From Calditrichaceae bacterium (lineage in GTDB: Bacteria; Calditrichota; Calditrichia; Calditrichales; JBFXGD01): a DNA stretch of 14,047 bases. The stretch is from NCBI GenBank assembly GCA_050178385.1, contig JBFXGD010000087.1, forward strand, positions 1 through 14,047, read 5' to 3'. The notes under the pieces are model-generated. The model saw nothing but the letters and a program-made list of their open reading frames with translations, ran no database searches and had not been told where the DNA came from. The position numbers and the translations under genes were made by a program. Of the stretch, positions 8,257-14,047 are shown piece after piece. The first letter of the stretch is position 1. The number at the start of each line of letters is the position of its first letter.

Positions 8257-9114
8257 TTAGTAATCTGAAGATTTCGCCTGACCGTTGCTTACGATTGCCA
8301 CACTCGCGCTCGCGCCGATCCTTGTCGCGCCGGCTTCCACCATTTTGCAAGCCTCATCGTAAGTGCGTACACCACCGCTTGCCTTAACGCCCATGCGCGG
8401 CCCGACCACCTGACGCATCAACGCAACATCCTTAACGGTCGCGCCACCGCTGCTGAAGCCGGTTGAAGTTTTGACAAAATTAGCTCCCGCCCGTTGGGAA
8501 ATCACGCAGGCGGTCACCTTTTCTTCGTCGGTTAGAAGACACGCTTCGATGATCACTTTTACAACACGCCGGCCCGCTGCTCTCACAACCGCGCGGATAT
8601 CACGTTCAACCATATCATAATCACCCGATTTCAGGGCGCCGACATTAATTACCATATCAATTTCTTCGGCTCCGCGGTCCACCGCCGCCTGAGTTTCGGC
8701 CGCTTTAATTTCAGGAAATGTCGCCCCAAGTGGAAAACCAACCACCGTGCATACTTTAACCTTTGAATTCCTAAGTTTTCTGCTTGCCAGAGATACCCAA
8801 AAAGGATTGATGCACACAGATGCGAAATTATTTTCGAGCGCTTCGTCACAAATTTTTTCAATGTCGTCCCTGGTGGAGTCGGGTTTCAGGAAAGTGTGAT
8901 CGATCCATCTGGCCATTTCATATTTAGGAGGGCAACTTGGCGCAACTGTACCAACACGGCTCGCGCCAAATGAAACCAGATCATTCGCTCCTTCGTAAGT
9001 GAAAGGCTTGCAGCTTTTTGGGCATTCCTCACAATTGCTGCAGTTTTCCAGATTCGACTCGCTTATAACCTGAGATATAATACTTTCGATGATTTCAGAT
9101 GTTATACTTGACAT
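8257..9114 (-). CDS. deoC: Deoxyribose-phosphate aldolase (DERA) with ~65-aa N-terminal extension
   Basis: [24 protein letters not shown], Schiff-base [24 protein letters not shown] and a C-terminal Tyr tail. The catalytic domain starts at about residue 66. Confidence 0.95.
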   Translation of the reverse strand: MSSITSEIIESIISQVISESNLENCSNCEECPKSCKPFTYEGANDLVSFGASRVGTVAPSCPPKYEMARWIDHTFLKPDSTRDDIEKICDEALENNFASVCINPFWVSLASRKLRNSKVKVCTVVGFPLGATFPEIKAAETQAAVDRGAEEIDMVINVGALKSGDYDMVERDIRAVVRAAGRRVVKVIIEACLLTDEEKVTACVISQRAGANFVKTSTGFSSGGATVKDVALMRQVVGPRMGVKASGGVRTYDEACKMVEAGATRIGASASVAIVSNGQAKSSDY

Positions 9115-9191
9115 AGTTCAGCCTGATTTTTAATTATTACTTTAATTTTATTATATGATAAATTCTGTTCCACACAATTCATTCACCCGGA

Positions 9192-9467
9192 TCAGGTTTC
9201 AACAATATCCACATTGTCCACCACGCCCACGATTACCGCCTGGACAGGAATTTCATTATCGTTAAAAATGATTCTCGCGGAACCTCCCTCTCTCATCACA
9301 AGCACCTTGTCACCCATACCGGCCTGAACGGTATCCAGCGCTATGAAGGCCTTGCCTTCGGCCTGATCCGATAAATCCAGAGGCTGGACGATCATCAGTT
9401 TTTTGCCTTTGAAATGACTGTTCTTAACGGTGGATACTATATCACCGAGCACTCTGCAAATAATCAT
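9192..9467 (-). CDS. EutN/CcmL-family bacterial microcompartment vertex (BMC-P) protein
   Basis: 91 aa: MIICRVLGDIVSTVK...GKKLMIVQP...ALDTVQAGMGDKVLV...GGSAR...PVQAVIVGVVD matches the EutN/CcmL pattern. AGGA RBS; 13 nt from the upstream stop. Confidence 0.93.
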   Translation of the reverse strand: MIICRVLGDIVSTVKNSHFKGKKLMIVQPLDLSDQAEGKAFIALDTVQAGMGDKVLVMREGGSARIIFNDNEIPVQAVIVGVVDNVDIVET

Positions 9468-9480
9468 ATAGTCCTACATA

Positions 9481-10833
9481 TCACACTAATTGTTTAATTT
9501 CATCCATAAACCGATTTGCCAGGGCTTTTGCATCAGTATCCGTCTCGGCCTCCGCCATAACCCTTACGATTGGTTCCGTATTAGACTTGCGCAGGTGCAC
9601 CCAGCTCTTGTCAAAATCGATTTTTACACCATCCAGTAAATTGATATCTTCACCGGCATATTTTTTAGCTATCTTTTCCAGAACCGTGTCGGGATTCATC
9701 CCTTCAATATCCACTTTCATTTTCACGATGGTATACTGTGGCAGTGATTGATGAAGTTCAGATAATTTCCCGCCAAATTCAAGCAAATGCTGTAAGGTCA
9801 ATGCGACAGCCAGAGGCGCGTCACGCCCAAGATGAAGTTCCGGCAGGATAACCCCGCCATTTCCTTCGCCGCCGATAATCGCGTCATACTCGGCCATCAT
9901 TTCGGCGACATTAATTTCTCCGACCTTACTGCGGAGGAACATGCAATTGTAATATTTTGCGATATCTTCAGAGGCCATTGATGTGGACATATTCACTACC
10001 ACGCGCCCCATTTTCTTTGAAAGTATCAATTTCACGGCGAGTGCCAGAGTATATTCTTCTCCGATCGGTTCACCGTTCTCGTCAACAATGGCACAACGGT
10101 CCACATCCGGGTCAACGGCAAAACCGAGATCAGCGCCCGCTTCTATTACCGCTCGGCTTAACTGTGTAAGATTCTCAGGAAGCGGTTCAGGAGTGTGAGC
10201 AAACTGCCCTGTAGCATCGTCATTTATGGCGATAACTTCACAACCCATTTTACGCAGCAGCTGAGGTATAATCAGTCCACCGGCGCCATTTACCGTATCG
10301 ATTACAACCCGAAATCCCCTTTCACGCAGTTTCTGCAAATCAATATAGGGAAGATTAAGAACCGATTCGATATGGCGTTCATTTGCCCGTTCATCACTTA
10401 CTTCATCACCAAGATTCTGCCAGGTTTTTAAGCTGAATTCACCGTTATCGGCCATTTCATAAACCTGCCCGGCTTTCTCCGGACTTAAAAACCGGCCGTT
10501 TGAATCCATAAATTTCAATCCGTTCCATTGAACCGGATTATGACTGGCGGTAATGGCGATGCCGCCTTCTGCCTTATAGTATTCAATGGACATCTGCACA
10601 GTCGGCGTGGGAACAATCCCTATATCAATCACTTTGCAGCCTGTTGCCATCAGACAGCCCTTCACGATTGACAGAACAAAAGGTCCCGAAACTCTTGAAT
10701 CCCGTCCGACAACAACTGTACCGCCATTTAAATAGGTACCGTAAGCAAGGGTATATTTCTGTATTATTTCAGGTGTAAGGGTACTTCCTATTTCTCCGCG
10801 TACGCCCGATATTGAAACCATTAGCGTGGACAA
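9481..10833 (-). CDS. glmM: Alpha-D-phosphohexomutase family enzyme (GlmM / PMM-PGM type; exact substrate uncertain)
   Basis: Phosphoserine loop ITASHNP, metal loop DPDVDR, sugar loop GGEGNGG and C-terminal RKSNTEPIVRV. TTG start with AGGAGG RBS at 10845-10840. The family is certain; the gene symbol is less so. Confidence 0.75.
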   Translation of the reverse strand: MSTLMVSISGVRGEIGSTLTPEIIQKYTLAYGTYLNGGTVVVGRDSRVSGPFVLSIVKGCLMATGCKVIDIGIVPTPTVQMSIEYYKAEGGIAITASHNPVQWNGLKFMDSNGRFLSPEKAGQVYEMADNGEFSLKTWQNLGDEVSDERANERHIESVLNLPYIDLQKLRERGFRVVIDTVNGAGGLIIPQLLRKMGCEVIAINDDATGQFAHTPEPLPENLTQLSRAVIEAGADLGFAVDPDVDRCAIVDENGEPIGEEYTLALAVKLILSKKMGRVVVNMSTSMASEDIAKYYNCMFLRSKVGEINVAEMMAEYDAIIGGEGNGGVILPELHLGRDAPLAVALTLQHLLEFGGKLSELHQSLPQYTIVKMKVDIEGMNPDTVLEKIAKKYAGEDINLLDGVKIDFDKSWVHLRKSNTEPIVRVMAEAETDTDAKALANRFMDEIKQLV

Positions 10834-10880
10834 GAAAAACCTCCTGTCAAAAGATAACCGATTCCATAACTTAATCTAAA

Positions 10881-10909
10881 AATATAAACTTAAACTGTTA
10901 TAAATACAA
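10881..10909 (-). promoter_or_regulatory. Candidate sigma70-type promoter for the mutase-BMC-P-deoC-pdp-rsgA-yjjG run
   Basis: Minus strand TTGTAT (10909-10904), 17-nt spacer, TATATT (10886-10881), ~48 nt upstream of the TTG start. Confidence 0.5.
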
Positions 10910-11092
10910 GGACTCGATGCCGATTTTAAAGGCATTTTTCCCTTTTTCAAACTATTAAATCCGCAATTTTAACCACATTTCAAAAAATAAACTGATTAAG
11001 AGCAACGTACAATGGACCGGCGAAAAAATATTTTCAGACATTTGGAAATAAATCCCGGCTTATTAAAAATGGCGGGTGATTTTAAAGCAAAT

Positions 11093-13057
11093 TCAGATTT
11101 TTGTCATCAGAACACTAATTTGATCCGGATGACCAAGCACAATAAGTTGATCACCCGCGGAAATCCGTTCTTCGGATGAAGGATTTGAAATCACATTTTT
11201 TGCCCTGATAATTGCCAGCAGTGTCACGCCGTATTTTTTGCGAAGTCCGATCTCTGAGAGTGTTTTATCCGCAAAACCGGAAACCTGATTCACCGTCATT
11301 CGGCTCACCCGGACATCGGGGAGCTTTAAATCATCCAGTGCATGTACCGACCAGTCCGGCTTTCTGAGTTGGTTATATCCATCGGCCCGAACTTCGGAGT
11401 TGAGCGCGTCTATGAGTTCATCGGAAATCAAAAATCTTTTTAGGACGCGGGTAAAAATTTCAATGGATGACTCAAATTCTTCTGCGACGATTTCATCGGC
11501 GCCAAGCTCCCGAAGCGGTTCGATCTCCCTCACAAAACGGGTTCTCACGATGATATAAAGTTCTGGATTTTCAAGCTTTGCCAGAAAAACAATCCTTCTC
11601 ACAGCCGCAGCATCGGACACCGCGACTACCATTACCCTGGCCAAATGTATCCCCGCCTGCTTCAGAACAGACCGCTGGCAGGCATCCCCAAAATAAATCG
11701 GTTCACCTTTAAATCTTTCCTTTCTTACCGTCTCCGGATTCATTTCGAGTATGAGATAAGGAATTTGCGCCGATCGGGCTGTGTGAGCCAGATTTCTCCC
11801 GCTTAATCCGTATCCGGCAATAATAAGATGTTTTTCAAGTGTTTTTGTCGCGTTGTATTCTGAGAATTTCCTGTTCTTCAGTCCGGCAGGAAGCGGTAAA
11901 AAATTTGCAATTCTGTCTGAATATTCACCTATTCTAATCAGAAAGGGTGTGAAAATCATGGTTAGAATCGTGACCGACAAGAAAATCTGATAAAATTCTC
12001 CGGAAATTAACGCCTGACTGTAGCCTTCTTTTGCCAGAACGAATGAGAACTCACCTATTTGAGCCAGCGCCAGAGCCACAAATACAGCTGTACGCAATGG
12101 GTATCCCAAAATCAAAGCAGCAGCTCCGGATGTAAATAATTTTAGCAAGACGAGTGCAAGAAGAACAAAAATTATTATTTCATAGTGATTGAGAATCGTC
12201 CTGATATCCAGCAGCATCCCCACCGATACAAAGAAGAAACTTAAAAAGATATCACGAAACGGCAATATATGCGAAATGGCGTTATGACTGTATTCTGATT
12301 CTGAAATCATCAGACCAGCTAAAAACGCTCCCAGCGCCAATGATAGTCCGATCATTGATGTCAGCCAGGCAATGGCGAAGGCAAGAAAGACGATGCTTAA
12401 CAAAAAGAGTTCACGAAGCTGGGTTTTTGCAATCTGAAAAAATATTTTGGGTATCAGCCAGCGGGTTCCCACAAAAACAAACACGACCAGCAGGGTGGCT
12501 TTACCGAGGAGCAACGCGATATAACTGGTGTTAATCTGACTGTTGCCGGATAACAGAGGCGTTAAAATCATCATTGGAACTATAACAATATCCTGAAAAA
12601 TCAGGATACTCAGAGATGTCCGCCCGTGAGGCGCGTCGATCGCCGAAGATGCCTGTAACTGATTTAACACAATCGCGGTGCTGCTCAAAGCAACCAGAAA
12701 TCCAAAAAAGATTGATTTTTCCCAGCTAAAATCAAAAAGTTGCGCGATAACCGCTGTTAGCAGAATAGTCAGTCCGACCTGTATCGAGCCGCCGACCAAA
12801 ACGGTCCGTCTTAATTCAAACAAATGTTTAAATGAGAATTCCAGCCCGATAGAGAACAACAGGAGAATAACGCCTATTTCCGCCATAACTTCAACTTCAT
12901 GCATGGCGCTAACAAGTGAAAGCCCTGCCGGTCCGGCCAGGACTCCCGTAATCAAAAACCCAACGATCGGGGGTATTTTTAACTTACTGCAAATAAAGGA
13001 AACAGGAATTGATAGCCCTAGAATTATAACTATCTCAACAAGAAGCGGTATTTCCAT
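11093..13057 (-). CDS. CPA2-family cation:proton antiporter (Kef/YbaL-like) with TrkA_N and TrkA_C domains
   Basis: Multi-TM N-terminal domain with AEIGVILLLFSIGLE, LSSTAIV, ILIFQD, LGAFLAG and QIGEFSFVL. Rossmann IIAGYGLSG and YFGDA follow, then RCK_C-like KTLSEIGLRKKYGVTLLAIIR...GDQLIVLG. Confidence 0.92.
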   Translation of the reverse strand: MEIPLLVEIVIILGLSIPVSFICSKLKIPPIVGFLITGVLAGPAGLSLVSAMHEVEVMAEIGVILLLFSIGLEFSFKHLFELRRTVLVGGSIQVGLTILLTAVIAQLFDFSWEKSIFFGFLVALSSTAIVLNQLQASSAIDAPHGRTSLSILIFQDIVIVPMMILTPLLSGNSQINTSYIALLLGKATLLVVFVFVGTRWLIPKIFFQIAKTQLRELFLLSIVFLAFAIAWLTSMIGLSLALGAFLAGLMISESEYSHNAISHILPFRDIFLSFFFVSVGMLLDIRTILNHYEIIIFVLLALVLLKLFTSGAAALILGYPLRTAVFVALALAQIGEFSFVLAKEGYSQALISGEFYQIFLSVTILTMIFTPFLIRIGEYSDRIANFLPLPAGLKNRKFSEYNATKTLEKHLIIAGYGLSGRNLAHTARSAQIPYLILEMNPETVRKERFKGEPIYFGDACQRSVLKQAGIHLARVMVVAVSDAAAVRRIVFLAKLENPELYIIVRTRFVREIEPLRELGADEIVAEEFESSIEIFTRVLKRFLISDELIDALNSEVRADGYNQLRKPDWSVHALDDLKLPDVRVSRMTVNQVSGFADKTLSEIGLRKKYGVTLLAIIRAKNVISNPSSEERISAGDQLIVLGHPDQISVLMTKI

Positions 13058-13165
13058 CTCAACATTTCCGGTAATGAATGGTATATCCTTCGAATAATTT
13101 AAACATCAGGAGCATGATTTTACTAATTTGTCTGTGAGTCTTCCAGAAAACCACCGGGAGTTATT

Positions 13166-13300
13166 TTATTCAACAAAGAGACCGATGGCGATGATACACA
13201 TCAAAAGGAATGCAAAAAGAACCAGTATCCAGATTCCATCGACCTGGTTGTTTGTCTTTTTGTCCGGTTCGGATGTTTTGTTTGATTTCTTTTCAGTCAT
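13166..13300 (-). CDS. 44-aa single-pass membrane microprotein (not in the ORF track)
   Basis: Manual translation gives MTEKKSNKTSEPDKKTNNQVDGIWILVLFAFLLMCIIAIGLFVE*. AGGAG RBS 5 nt before the ATG. Same strand as both neighbours. Confidence 0.75.
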   Translation of the reverse strand: MTEKKSNKTSEPDKKTNNQVDGIWILVLFAFLLMCIIAIGLFVE

Positions 13301-13391
13301 AATTACTCCTAATATTCATATTATAGAGGACTTAGCGCATACAGTTCTTCCTTACTTATAAAAACGCCTTTTGTTTCATCTTTTCGAATGA

Positions 13392-13766
13392 TTAGTCACA
13401 ATTCTTAAACACATCTATTAACCGGTCAATCAACCGATCGACATTGGCGAGAATCGCCGAAATATCATCACCGGTTAAATCATCATAATGAATTCCGGCT
13501 GAAACAGCTACGTTTCTTCTTAAGGCCTTACTTAACCTGTATGCAGCTTTTTTTACAAGATCATCCTCCTTATGGCCGTGAACGGAAATAACCGACGAGT
13601 TTGCCTTTGCCTTATCCAGGTCATAGCAAATCCCCAAACCGATTGCTCCGATATGAGATTCACCACCGCTGATTATTATCTGAAGATCTCTTCCCACCTC
13701 AAGACAGAGCAGGTTGACCCGCTGCTTCTCTTTGCCTTCTTCAAATTCGATTTGTTTTTTATTCAT
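13392..13766 (-). CDS. LpdD-like (prenylated-flavin chaperone / proteasome-assembly-chaperone-like fold) small protein
   Basis: Motifs VGRDLQIIISGGESHIGA, GHKEDDL and VAVSAGIHYDDLT match my recollection of the LpdD-like family. Confidence 0.65.
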   Translation of the reverse strand: MNKKQIEFEEGKEKQRVNLLCLEVGRDLQIIISGGESHIGAIGLGICYDLDKAKANSSVISVHGHKEDDLVKKAAYRLSKALRRNVAVSAGIHYDDLTGDDISAILANVDRLIDRLIDVFKNCD

Positions 13767-13917
13767 GAAACAATTGAAATTAAATCATTTAAGATCATTA
13801 ATTAGTATTATTCTCGTGAACAAATCTAGTTATTAGAATGTTTTTCGGAAAACCTGCGTTAGTTTCTTTTAGACTCTTTGATAAATAATATAGATAAATT
13901 ATTCCGAGGTAACAAAT

Positions 13918-14047
13918 ATGCGCATCCGGTTTATTATATTTTTCATTCTTCTCGTGTTACAAGCCGGCTGGACCGGACGTACTGTCTCTGATTTCAAATT
14001 AAAAAATATCGACAATTCCTGGACCACTTATTCTGAAGTAAAAGGCG
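13918..14047 (+). CDS. 5' part of an exported TlpA/redoxin-like thioredoxin-fold protein (truncated by the window edge)
   Basis: GAGGT RBS at 13906-13910. MRIRFIIFFILLVLQAGWTG signal, then VSDFKLKNIDNSWTTYSEVKG, typical of the segment preceding the redoxin active site. The CxxC itself is outside the window. Confidence 0.6.
   Translation, partial: MRIRFIIFFILLVLQAGWTGRTVSDFKLKNIDNSWTTYSEVKG

Noticed and set aside
5853..13805. Short ORFs overlapping yjjG, rsgA, pdp, deoC, the mutase, the antiporter, the microprotein and the LpdD-like gene (e.g. 12678-13097, 13128-13361, 13572-13805)
   Set aside because: They are antisense or out-of-frame shadows of genes with stronger family or RBS evidence.
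1..14047. CRISPR array, tRNA/rRNA, IS or prophage genes
   Set aside because: No regularly spaced repeats, cloverleaf or rRNA-like segments, or transposase/integrase/phage ORFs were recognised by eye.

Overview
Chromosomal window from a Gram-negative bacterium. A type IX secretion C-terminal sorting domain of the 'QNYPNPFNP' type together with clear Shine-Dalgarno sites suggests the FCB group, for example Calditrichota/KSB1-like (inference). Left part: a partial unknown ORF, a ferritin-like/rubrerythrin-family gene, two putative lipoproteins, and an 819-aa T9SS-secreted beta-helix protein built from two ~350-aa repeats, followed by an intrinsic terminator. Centre: a tightly spaced minus-strand run of phosphohexomutase (GlmM/PMM-like), an EutN/CcmL microcompartment vertex protein, DeoC with a ~65-aa N-terminal extension, pyrimidine-nucleoside phosphorylase, an RsgA GTPase apparently lacking its OB fold, and a YjjG-like nucleotidase. 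Right part: a CPA2/Kef-type antiporter, a 44-aa membrane microprotein missed by the ORF track, an LpdD-like gene and the start of a TlpA/redoxin-like gene. The main signal is a probable satellite locus of a sugar-phosphate-utilisation (SPU)-type bacterial microcompartment, co-located with an apparently complete deoxynucleotide-to-acetaldehyde/G3P catabolic route. No rRNA, tRNA, CRISPR array or transposase was recognised.
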